Source: Paraspadella gotoi (lineage: Eukaryota > Animalia > Chaetognatha). From it: a stretch of DNA of 64,000 nt. The notes under the pieces were generated by a model that saw nothing but the letters and a program-made list of their open reading frames with translations, was not told the origin of the DNA and did no database searches. The stretch spans positions 2,345,008-2,409,007 of the forward strand of contig CM119266.1 of the NCBI GenBank assembly GCA_051294375.1, read 5' to 3'. The position numbers were made by a program, and so were the translations under genes. Position 1 is the stretch's first letter. The number at the start of each line of letters is the position of its first letter. This document shows, piece after piece, positions 45,930 to 59,200 of the stretch.

Positions 45930-47213
45930 ATTTTTTTATTATTTAAAAAGTAGTCTCGAACGTAAAAAAGTTTTATTGGTTTTGCCAATTTCATCTGCCT
46001 CAAACTGACCGTAAGTTGAACGTAGAACAAATTACCACCCAGATTTAGTAAAAAGCTTGCGACACCTTACTTTGATTTTCGAGATAGGAGAGTAGGAATA
46101 AAATGTGGAGACCTGCTTATTGCTTAATGCTAATCACGAAATCGTAATGATTGATTATAATTTTATAATCGGTGCACAATCGCTCTTACCTTTTGCTTCA
46201 AGTTCCTGCATTTTTATTGACAATTTTACATTTCAGATCTAATTCAAACTTCAATACGATTCACCCTAAAGCTTCAAAAATATATACTTATGTGAATTTC
46301 GTCTCAAAAACAGCCACCATTTATATTTATATTTATATTCATTCCCTTACTTTAACTCTACCCGCCTTTTGTTTCCATTTCCAATTTAAAAGTCGTTTTT
46401 CGACTCGAGTTGGCGCCACCCGCTCCGTCGCCGACCTAAAGTGCTGAGAGGAGGAAATCGAGAAAGCAGCCGTCGATCTGGGCTTAATGGAGCGTACGCC
46501 CGAAAACCACCTCCTTGACTCAGAGAATAAAAAGGAATACATAGCCTTGCACCCGCCAGCAAACTACTTGCACTTTCCAAACGGCCGGGCGATCACCGGT
46601 TTTGTTGGCGATGTGATTTTTTCACAATTGTCATCGCTGATGTGATTAAAGCCTTTGCTGCTCTGGCGCTCTTCTCCCCCCTCTTCTTCCCCCCTTTGGC
46701 TCAGCGATTCCGTCCATCGAAAAGCGCCTCCCGACGCCGGCGAATTGAAGAACATGTGGACAGAAAGTTGACGCCGTCGTTCTTTGCCTTAAGCGCCGCG
46801 CTCGGCGCAAAGTGTGCAATTACCTCGTTAAAACCGGGTAAAGTGTAACCGTTTTTACTATCAGCTTTACATCAAGTCTTAAGTTACGCATCTCCAGCTG
46901 TTTAAACAAGTTTCGGATCCCGTCAATTATTCTTTTTGAGTGTGGATTACAACCAAAACGCATTAATGTTATTAAATTCTATTTTCTTTTTATCTCCAAC
47001 TCGGATCGCGAATTCGATCAGTCGTCGCGCGAAAACTTGAAAGGAAATTTTGATCGGATACAAAAACGATGAGTGTTGGCGACCCTATAAGTAGTGGCGA
47101 TAGGAACTCTTATTCGCCAGGAAAATAAACTGAAGAAAGGGAGAAATATTATCTGGCGGCGCCGAGAATCTAAAAACGGTTATCTTCCTAGCCCCGCTCA
47201 CTAAAAACCGAAA

Positions 47214-50200
47214 ATGAGCACGATCGATGACGGCGTCAACGCGGCCCTCGACGAGGTGCTGCTGGCCAAAATTACCTCCTCCAACAATCAGTCGAGGCTC
47301 CAGGCGCACGCGACCCTCGTGGAGATCCTCCAGGCGCTGGTTTCGATCGACGATCCCGTCGCTATCGCCGCCGCCTTCAAACTCTCCGATCCCGCGCAGC
47401 TCGACCGTCTGGTGGAAGGGGTCGCCCTTTGGCTGGCTAGCAGCAATTTTAAGGTTAGAGGGGATAGGTATGCGAGCGAATGGCTCATGGATTGTTTAGT
47501 AATCAAAAATTGTCTGTTATAAACATAATATTTATCAGTCACATCACAGCCATTTGTTGAATGAGATGGAACAGGACCAGGGGAAATAACTTTCATCAAA
47601 AATAATTAATGACTTTAGTATATAATGATTTGTCTCAATTGGTTAGAAAAATTTTTAGGGTCTGGGCGAGTTTATGATTGATGTTGATATTCAAATCGTC
47701 TGAGAAAAATGCTTGGGTGTGTGGGCCAAGTCGCTTCTCAGTTTTTAAGACGAGATGATTGAAAAACTGCTTGGGTCACCGCGATCGTTTTTACGAGCTC
47801 TTTGATTGGTCGACTTCGATTTGGTGATTGGTTACTAAAAAAAATTGTAACGATGAATCAAAGGTTTTGCGGTTTTTTTATTTGACATTTATGACTCGAT
47901 AGCGAACGGTAATTTTATTGCGCTGGTTTGGCGAAATAGTTATTGGTCGGTAGCTGCTGATGAAATTTTGAGAATTTTGAGTTTGCGTGTTTGCGACGGG
48001 AGCAGGGATTTCCCCCCCCCATTTTCGATTAATCATCATTCATAAAATATAATTAATATATTAATAATTCTTTAAGATTGCCTTGAACGGTCTCGAAGTT
48101 TTGCTGCTTCTTCTTCATCTCTTGAAGAGCGGATTCCGCCACTTTCTTCCCGGCGTCGTCCCGGCCGTGATCGACCGGCTGGGCGATGCGAAGGACCAAG
48201 TCCGGGAAATGGCGCAGGTGAGGGTGGGACCGTGTAAAAATTTATGAGTTCGTGTGTAGACGAGAGAGAGAGATAGAGCGAGCGCGCGCGTGCAAGAAGA
48301 AAGCACACACAAGAAAGAGAGCTACCAAGTTTAAGAATTCGGTAGGAAGAAATCGACTGGTTTTCCTCAATGAGGGAAGGACCACTATTTAACGTTGGTT
48401 TTCTTTAGTTTAATTTATTTAATTCTTTAATTTAGGTTATTTCTTGAATCTTACTTTAATATATTTCATTGATTTCCTTGTTACTTCACCCCCCACCGCG
48501 CCCTCTTTTTCTTCCTCACATCCTCCTTCCACACCCACTCCCCCACTCACCGCCCCTCCAGACCCTCCTGCTGGACTTAATGGAGATCTCCTCGCCACAG
48601 TATGTGTTCGAGCGACTCGCGCCCAACGCCTTTCAGCACAAGTTGTGGCGAGTGAGGGAAGAGGCGATGATCTGCGTCTGCAACACTCTAAACACTTACG
48701 GCGCCGCCTCGCTCTCTCTCTCCAAATTCGTGCCCTTCATCATCAAGCTCGTGTCCGACGCGCAGGTTTGAAGAATAGAGATAGAGCGACGACTAGAGGC
48801 GGGGGGGGGGCGGCGGGTGGTTTTATGGCCGTTCTTCGAGCAGAAAGAGCTCTCTCTGACTGAATCGAACTTTTGCCCCTGAGCTGCGACGAGAATCCCG
48901 TTCTGAAAAAATCTAATTCGCCGGAATTTAAATTGGATTTGTCTCGGTACTCGTGAGCGAGTATTTCGACAGGTTGATTTCTAGACTGAAAAATAAAATG
49001 TCCGGAGTTATCGATGGTGAAACTTAAATATCCAAGGTTTGTTTTTGTAAATCACTGAAATTGTACATTTTTTTTCGTTTAAATAATTTTTCCTTCTTAT
49101 TAGGAGGATTTGTTTTTTATTCTCTTTATTATGAGCTCTTTTTTTATAGAAATTTGCTCTTCTGTTTGCACCCTCTAGATATTCACTTGCATTGCATTTT
49201 ACAAAATAGTAAATTTTTATACATTTTAGTTTTAATAAACAGAAGGCAGTATAAATTAAAAAAAATATTTTTAAAAATAAAATAATAATACATTTTTTTT
49301 CTTCTGAAAATAAAGAACAGTCTGATAATTTTTTTTTATTTTTACTTTATTCTATTAGAGGGTTCTCTAAAGAAAAAAGCTTTTTGTAAGATAAAAGGAC
49401 ATTCAAAATAAACTTTATAAATTTTATTTTATTCTATTTTTTATTCTATGTATTGATCAAAGCATTTTAATCATATTATTTTGATTTATAAAATATTTTT
49501 GCAAATAGCAAAATGTTAATAATGCCGCAGTAACAGTTCAGTTTAACCCCTTGAAAGTGATTTACGTGTATTTGCCACGGGAATCTTTTTTGCATTTACT
49601 AAGTTTTATAATTATATGTATCTCAATAATTTGTTAAGTTCCTTCTAATTTTAATTTTTGTTCTTTTTTCTTTCCTTAACCTGTCCACTCCCTAGGGTCC
49701 AGTCCGCGACCAGGCGGTGCTCACCTTGGTCGAAATCTACCGCCACGTGGGCGAGCGAGTGCGAACCGATCTGACGAAGAAAGCTGCGGCGGCTGGAATC
49801 CCCGAGGCGCGTTTGCGAACCATCACCGCCCGATTCGACGAAGTCCGCGACGCCGGCCAGATGGTGGCCGATATTGAAGAGGGTGGGTCGAAGTATGGGA
49901 GGCCTGGTTGATTCTGGGTTGGGGAAGATAAAGTACAGAAGGCTTTATATTAGAAAATTCTCTCCCGTTTTTTTCGAACCGAGAATCGGTTCCGATCAAA
50001 CTACTAGGCCGACTTCGGTGAAATTTTGCACGAATTAATTTTAGAGTAATAGAAATGAGACTATCGAGGGGATTTTTGAAATTTGACCTATGACCCGAGA
50101 TATGGGTCCCTCAGCTCAGGGATCAGCCCAGGCAGGAAAAAAATGGGGAAAAATGTTTTAATTCTGTTAATTCTTTTATCCTTATCAGTTGCAGAAACGT

Positions 50201-53200
50201 TTACAGGTTTAGAAAAGTACATTTATTATGACAAAAAATAATTTTCTTTAGAGGAGCATTTTATAATATGAAGACTTTTCTGTATAACTTAATGATTTAA
50301 ATATATTTTCGTGATTTAATCAAAGCCATCCCTCCATTTAGTTCCTCCCTTCAAGTCGTACGCCGATGAGCCGGAGGCGGCGCCCACGCCTTCCTCGACG
50401 TCGTCGGCGGGGTCTTCGAGGGAGCACACCTTTGCGCGTCCCGTGCAGCCGGTCGTTGCCGCTTCCACCGCCAAAACGCCCGCGCGGCTCACTTCAGGGT
50501 CAGGGTCTCGGGCCACCATCCGCGCGGGCTCGGCGCACGGCGGATTCCCCAAGTCCGATTCGGGTGAGTGGAGTTGGTGACTTGGGAGAGCTGATTTTTT
50601 GGAGGCATAGTTGGACCTGAGTGTGTGGGTGAATGTCGGCTGATTTTTGTGTGGCCTTTATTTAGTGGATCGGAGTATAAAACCGTTTGACGATAAAATA
50701 AAAATTTTAATACCGTTTAAAATTACGCGCGCCTTAAATAAAAATGGGTGGAAAATACTCTGAACTATGCCAAGAATTTTTATGCTTCTCTTTAACTTTT
50801 ATAGATGTATCATTTGATAAATTACAATCTTGTGAAAAGAAACACTGAAGAAGGCGGCATCCACCTCCTGTTACTTGTCACTTTCTCATCAAGGTTTTAT
50901 TTTCTTATTTTTTTCTATTTTTTTAGTCTCTGGAGCAACGAACGAAGACGAGTTTCTCTCCGCCTTCGAAGACGTCCAGAGAGTTCAAGTTAGTTGTAAC
51001 CATTTTTGTATTTCATGGATGACAAATCGAATGATTCCATACATTCCTGTTTGCAGATTTATTCCGCGAAGGATTTAGAAGAATCTATGCGCCAAGTTAA
51101 AGACGTGTTAGCGGACGGTAAGTTCCAAGAAATAGGGGAATAATGTTTTATGGCAACAGACGGGTTGCCTGTGATGCCCATTGGAATGGGGCATCTCACT
51201 GTTGGCTTTGGGGGCTTCCGACCCTTAGTGACTCCTGTAACTGGCACGGTTACCCTAGAACGGTCTGGCTTTTCCAACGCAGAAGGAAGTCATTAGGACA
51301 GGATGGAACGCAACACTTTGGATGGTGCGTTCCCCCTCTGAGCCAATGGTATTGGCTGAACGATGGTGGATGTGAGGCAGTGTGAATATACCGCCACAGT
51401 CAGTTATTTTCGGCATCGAGTCTTAATGTTTTTCCACTTCGTTTTCCAGGCAACCTCGACTGGGAGAAACGCGTGGTGGCCATCAAGCGACTCCGCGGCG
51501 TCGTCTTGGCCGAGGGCCACACCAACTTTCCCGACGAGTTCTTTCTCTCCCTCCGAACCCTGGAGAATCCATTTATGACCACGGTGAAGGATCTCCGGTC
51601 GCAGGTCGTGCGAGAGGCCTGCGTCACCATAGCGTGAGTATAAGGAGGAAAGAGAGTGTGTTTATTGTTTTTATTATTATTATTATTATTATTATTGACT
51701 GTTTAAATCTACCGAGTACGGTGATTAAAAAGGAGGGATGGCTTAAAATGTCATTCGATCTTGCGACCCAGCCAGAACGACCATAGCCCTCTAGCTTCTC
51801 TCGCGAATAATTGTTAAAAATCGCGAAAAAATACTCTGTTTCTGACTTTTTTTGTTCGATCAATTAAGCCTTTCTAAAAAACAAACTTAGAAACTGGTTT
51901 TGGGAAAAACACAATAAAAATGATGTGAAACAGAACTCTAAATTGGTCACGCTCAAAAATTTTGATTTTTCTTTCTAGATTGTTTCGTTTCATTCCTATT
52001 CTAAAAGTCAACATCTATTGTTTCGTGATTTATTCCTACTCTGGCTTTTGAATTTAATGACACGATGCTAATTGGAAAGAACATTCTAACATTTAATGAA
52101 CCTATGCAGATCATTAATATTTAATGTGTACAATGCGGCGACTTGTTAATCACACACGTTTTACACTATTAACTAATAATATCGATATTAACCCCGGTAA
52201 CAAATAATAAACGGAAGTTAATTTAAGCGTTAGTTTTTTCCCGGTTGAATAATGAATTACATTCGGTGACTTTATATTTTTGAAACGACATCCATGTATG
52301 CATAAAATGTTCATAGAAAATATTTAACGTCAACACGAAGCCGTCGTGAGTAATGTAAATTTATTTTGTGGCGAATCTGCCTTTACAGAGTCGCCACGGT
52401 CTCGCTATTGAGTTCAACCGTGACGGCGGCGGCAATTGTTCCAGCCTCGACAGAATTTTGACATTGTCCGTTCGTTTTATGAGATTTGGGTCGCAGTTCG
52501 TTTTCCTTCTGTCCCTTTTGGATCTGCCTCACTTCGTCTGCGTTTTGAGACTTGACTTCGACGGACGTTGATAACGTTTCCTCGACAGCCAGCGTTGGAT
52601 TCTATTGGATGCATAGAATTGCTTGTGTATTAATATGTATATATTATTTTATCATTTTAGTAGAAAAATAAAAAAAAACTGTTTGCTTACCGTTTTTTTG
52701 TCTCCCTTGGAAACCGGTGAAAAATCGTCTTGAGCGAAAAGGGTGTTCTTTTTCGAGGAAGGTTTTTTGCCAGAGATATCCCATCTCTTTTTGGTTCCTG
52801 AATAAAAAAACATCGTGCAACGCTTCGCCTTCGCTTTTCATTTCTTACTCTGTCTCGATATTTAACGCACCTCGAATGTGAATAACTTCTAAAAAGGTTT
52901 TTCGAAAACCCGATGAAAAGGCACAATAGAGCAAGAAGTTGGTCGCCGAGTTTATGGTGGCGCTCATTATTGCCACCGAATTCAGATCGATCAGCCAGTT
53001 TCTCTGTGCAATCGAATTATTCAAAATTTATCTAGACATTGGCTTGTAAATTTCAAAAGTAATCGATGAGTTCTTGCTCACCTTGTTACTGTCTGTAGGG
53101 GTGGTGAGGATACTTCCTTGGTAACTGAGCGCCCAGATGATCGTTGCGACAATGAATGGAAGTTGGCAAACCAAAAAGAGAATAACGACTCCCACGCAGA

Positions 53201-56200
53201 TAACGTTAACGTGCGTATCCGTCTAAACATAAATGAATTTCGTTTCCCAGAAAAATTTAGTTCAGTAAATAACAAGTTTGATCAAACAATGTCGGATCTG
53301 CCCACGATCATTATCGGTAATTAATTAATTAATAATTAAATAATTCAAGTTAATTAGATAATTAATTTGATCCGAAATGTTTGTTTTTAGGTCTTCTCGT
53401 CACTAACCACGACAAAAGCAATGATGACGATGAAAATAATGACTTGATTGACTGATTAATTAATTATTGATTAATTAATTGATTAATTAACTGATTATTT
53501 GATTAATTAATTGATTAATTAACTGATTATTTGATTAATTAATTGATTAATTAACTGATTATTTGATTAATTAATTGATTAATTAACTGATTATTTGATT
53601 AATTAATTGATTAATTAACTGATTATTTGATTAATTAATACATCTTGTATTTACATTTACTATAAAAAGAAAAAGAAGCATAATCATTGATTATTAATCA
53701 ATTCGTGAAATAGGGTTTTTGTTTTTTCCATTTAAACACATTTCCATTCGGACGATTCCATCGAAACTTCATATCCAGCTCAAACACACACTTTCCTACT
53801 CACACACAAAATTACATTCCATTCCATCGATGCAATCACGAATAATTGGTGTTTTTTGCTAAGGTGGGACAGACGGACAGATATTTTTTTGAATAATTTA
53901 TCATAATTCGATGTTCTGACATGATATAAGTGAATGCCCGACAATATTGAGGGGGCGGACCGACAGACCGACAAAGTGAATTATAGAGTCGGGATCTGCT
54001 GATAAGAAGATCCGACTAAAAATGTCTTACTTTAACTTTTTTTCGTGATGACTCTGAAGAGCTGGAACCGTGTGAAGTTAGCCGCATTTTGACGAGGTGT
54101 CGTTTGCGTAGTGCGTAAATTATGAATGCGTTTAAAACCTTGATTTTGAGAAAATTTATGATTTTTAACGCCGTTATATTCTTTTCTTCGTGTTTTAGTG
54201 CTTACCAATAATATTAGAAGAGGTGATACAGCATAGAATCCGCAGTACATCCAGAGTTTATAGATAAGTATATATAGTCTGTCAATTTTAGTTGGTGTTC
54301 GTACAGTGTCGATAATTTCCCCAAAACGGGGTGCGTTATAAAGCACGGCACCGAACACTATGAGTCCAACAACCTTTGTGGCTTTGGGGACGTTGCACAT
54401 CGTCGCCATCTATAAAGAAGGAAGCGAAATATAAATGGGTTTTGAAATTATTCCGCTTCATGAAATTTCAAAGTTGATCGTCAATTTCGCATTTAATAAA
54501 TGAAGCCTAATTTGTCTATTTAATTATTTGCTTGTTTATTTCCTAATAAATTAATAGAATTCTATTAACTAATAAATAAAAAGTTACAAGAATATGTGAA
54601 ATTGCGTCATAACTACAATTACCCTATGAGGATGACAGACGGCAATGTAGCGATCGACGGAGACGCAAACGACGAGCCAAATGTTGATCAGCAAATTAAT
54701 GTAGTGGATCTGGTAAGTGAATTTGGCAACGGTTCTGGTCCAGTCACAATCATAGATGGAACGGAGAGACCAGTAAAACGTTTGCGTCACCAAAAAAATG
54801 AGATCTGTCACGGCGAGCGAGAGAAGATAAACCACAGTCGAAGTCCGTGGTCGCTGGAACATAAAAATAGAAATTAACTTAAAAGCAATGTTTTCATTGT
54901 GGCATCTCCTTTTCCGATCTTCAAGTGTCAATAAGTAACGGTTGGTTCAAAACTGTTATAACTTATTGGAATCTTATTTTCGGCGTCACTTAAAAAAAAA
55001 TTTATGCTTTAACCTTCTTTTTAAATTTTATTAATGTGCAACCTACCCCAAAGAATTTTTATAAACATTGAAAGTGTTTATGCTTTTTACGATGCAGCTA
55101 AAAGCCGTCAACAGAAATTATTTTTCTTAAAAAGACTCAAAAACGTTTCATTTTAATAGCCGAAATGTTTTTTGGTTACAAGCCCCAGCAAGATTTGTCG
55201 GTCGGGAATTTTGAAACGCGAAACTCTTGAAATGAGAAGATGTTACTCGAAGGCGGACATTCGCGCGGTCGCGGACCTGTCTAACGAGAGTGAGCAGAGT
55301 GAAGACGTTGCCGACGACGCCAAAGACTGCGATACAGGTGGCGGCCACACCCTCCACTGCATATTTGAACCGGTACTTTTCGTGTTGGTGGACCCAACCC
55401 AGGTACATGGTGCCGTTGACGACCGAGGTCGCGGCGCTGCCGTTTGTCCACCGGTAATCGTCCCCTTCGCTGTCGAATCGACTCTGGTTCCAGTTGGAAG
55501 TCATTGCGAATTTTTTGCTGATTTAAGTTTCGGTGTCTTTGCGGCCAACGTCAGCTGTCGCTCGTGTATATTTTCGTAGTAGCACGTTTTAAAAGAAAAC
55601 TTTGGGCCTGGCATTAAGTTGTTGTTTTGTTATTTTAGCGTGAATAATATTTTTTTCATCTCTTGGGTGGCGCTGGCAGAGTGGATGCGAGATTGTGAAT
55701 TATTTAGGAGGCGACAAGTTTTTTCTTCGCGCTTCCAGCTCGAAAATGGTGCGCTTGAACGCGAAAGTGACGCGCGGTGACAACGCTCGTACGTTTCTGT
55801 GAAATTCTAAACGGAATCACGCGCTACTTTTTTTCTTTTTCTCTCGGAGACGCGAGAGAGACGCGAGTTTTGAGTCGTTTCTCGCGACGCGGAACGACCA
55901 CGATTACGACGACGGCGGCGTGGTCCGGATGACGACGATGTGAACGACGATGTAGACGACGGGCTGTTAAGAGGGGACGGTGGCGCGTCTATGATAAGCG
56001 TTGAATACTGAGGAGGGGAAAACGTTTTATATAAAAAGATAAGTGGGTAAAAAAAAAATTTCGTGGACGGAACGACATTATTTTTTCGCTAAGTCAATCC
56101 GCCTCGGCCACAATTGCGAAACGATATATTATGACGTTTCGTTCACGATAATTTCCCCCATGAGAAACCCATAAATGTCGGTTGAAGATTTTTCTCTATT

Positions 56201-59200
56201 AAAAAAGCGGGTTCTCGCTTGTTTCTTTGCCGGTTTTAACGAGTGTAGCTGAGTCGTTACGTACTCGAAAAAGGTGACACAAACGCTATCAAAACCCGCC
56301 GCCATTCCCGTCTCCCACCCCCTATTTTTAAATCGTGGGACCGTCGTCGAAATTTTATGCGCGCAGATAATTTTTTTTCCTTTTGGTCGAATGGCGCGGG
56401 TTTTGTTTTTGGAGAGTTTCTTTGCTCTTCACTCGAAAATTTCGAAGTCGCGCCGGGGCTCGAGAAAACTTCGTTTACGAAGACGAATGGCTTAAAATGG
56501 GGGGGCGTGATGCAGAGGAGAGGAGAGATAATTCCCCTCCCCCCCTATTTTTTCTACTCTTTTTCTCTCCTTCAAGTGATAGATGGGTGTTGATAATGAG
56601 CGTTAAATTCGATGTCAAAAGGGGGTTGTTTTTTTATATCAAGACGAAAAAGAGGCTTTTGTTTCATAAGCTTTTCGAAAAAGGGGGAGAGGACTTGGGC
56701 TTTTCAATTCATTATCGATGATGGGGTTTTGTTTGCTGCGATACTGCGATGGGCGGAGGTGATAAAATATGAGGATTATGAAGGTTCCGGTCGGGGTATG
56801 ACTCTTCAAAGATTTTCCATTTAATACAAATTATGTAAATTTTTATTTTTAGTCGGATCTGCTTATTAGCAGAAATGAGTTTAAATGAAAAAAAAAATTT
56901 TACTATTTAAACGCCAATTATTCAAGAGTGGATGGGGCGATTGACTTGAAATTTTGTATGTGGGGAGAAAAGTGAGTTTAAATGGAAAAAAAATTCTCTA
57001 ATTGATTATGCTTCTTTTTCTTTTTATATTAAATGTAAATGCAAGATGTATTAATTAATCAAATAATTAATCAATTAGTTAATTAATTAATTTATCAGTC
57101 AAGTAATCAATCAATTAATTATTCAATCTTTCAATTTATTTATTTTTTTATTTTTTTATTAATTATTAATCAATTAATCAAGTCAATCGTTATCGGCATA
57201 GTCGTCGTCGCCATCATCGTTGTCGTTGCCTTTGTCGTGGTCAGTGAAAACAAACATTTTGGATCAAATTAAATATATTATCAATCAATTAATTATTAAT
57301 AATTAATTTATTAATTGATTACCGCTAATGATATTGGGCAGATCCGACATTGTTTGCTCTTTTTTAGTGATATAGCGTGGAGAAGTTTTGTAGTGAATGC
57401 CGATGATTCCGGTCGATTTCGAATAAGTCGAGGCGGTTGCTGTTGGTGGATCATAAATGTAAAAACCAGTAGGATTTTTTTTTCATTATCTTATCTTATC
57501 AATCTATTTTTTTTTATTTTTTTTAATGTTCGAGGTCAATCGGTTTTATTTAATTTTTTTTAATGAACGTACTCGTCCGGTTTCAGTATGGTAAAATATC
57601 GTTGTTCTTGAAAGTTGATTTATCATTTTTCCTCCTCGGCGTTGGTAAATATGAGGCTCGATCTTCGGCTTTTCGGGGGCTTGAGATATGGCACAGACAC
57701 TTTTCTTTCTGGGGATCATTAATTTCTGTCGGTCGAGACCTTTTCTCCCTCGCATATCGTCAATTAGGAAGCAGCGTCGTCGATGCACCCAAAAATGATA
57801 TTCTGTTGACTTTATCTTGAACAAACTGTTGGTTTTATCCACGATCAGTTGTTTACATTTCAGTCAACTTGGAAAGAAGGGAGTCGCAACTCTAGGGCAC
57901 GCGTTTCATGTCCCTTTATCAGTTGCTGTACTTTTTAAATATTATACGTAACTGAGCTGTTAAAATAGCTTTGATTCATGACGAAAGGATGATTAAGAAG
58001 ATCGCTGTAATCGATTATTACAGGACTGATAACGGAGCTTTCCTACGGTGCGTTTGTCACAGTTATGTACTTTCCTCATAATGATTAACAAAAATGCTGA
58101 AAAAAACCCGATATAATTATAAAGATACTATTTTTTTTCTCTTCAGTTATCTCTCCCAGTCCCTCGCATCAAAGTTCGATCATTTCGCGGAGATGGTTCT
58201 CCCTACCCTCATCTGTCAACTCCCCTCTTCCGCCAAAATCATGGCCACGTCTGCCTCCACCGGTGAGTGGTAATCGCGGTCTTGAATTGGTTCCCAATTC
58301 GAGTCATTCATTTTGTTCACGCACTCATCCTCACTTCTCCACCTCCTCAGCAATCCGTTTCATCATCGTCAACACCTTCTCGACGAAACTGGTACCAATC
58401 TTCATCTCCAACCTCTCGTCGAAATCGGCGGAGATTCGGAGGCGAACCTCGGAATTCCTCGACCTGCTCCTTAAGAATTGGGAGACGCACTTTTTGGAGC
58501 GACATCAGGGAACCCTGAGCGAAGCTTTGAAGAAGGGACTGTCCGACGCGGACGCGGAGACGCGAGCCTTTTGCCGGAAGGCCTTCTGGTCGTACCGCGA
58601 CCACTTCCAAGATCAGGCCGACGCCCTCATGAATTCACTGGAGCCTTCCAAACAGAAACAACTCCAGGTGAAAGGAGGGTGTTCTTTAGCTTTTTGGGGT
58701 AATATAGGATGTGATGTGACAATTCGTGACAAAATCTAAAAGAAGTGCAATTAAATGAGGTTTTACCCCCCTCCCCGATCTTCACGTTTAAACAGAGCGA
58801 ATTGACCGGGTCCACTTCTCGGGGTTCTCTCGCGCCGCCGTCGTCGTCGCGCTCTCGTTCCGCAGCTCGCCCCGCGACCACACACCGCGCCGGTCTGGGG
58901 GGCCAGGGCGCCTCTGCCGCTCCCGTCTCGCAGCGCCCCGGCACTTCAGGTATAAAGCGAATTTCAAATCTTAATCTTATATCTAAATTAGATGATAGTG
59001 GATCATCATAATCTTGATCATCAGGGTCGTCGCGAGTCGGTGGTGGCGTCGTCGGCGTCACATCGTCGCCTTCGTCGTCGTCGCTGGCGTCGTCGCGCGC
59101 CAGGTCGGCGTCCAACGATCGAATTCTCGACGAGAAACCCGCGGCTGGAAGAAGGTAATGTTCGGAGAGAGGAGCTCAGGGTTGTTAATTGTAAAATTAA

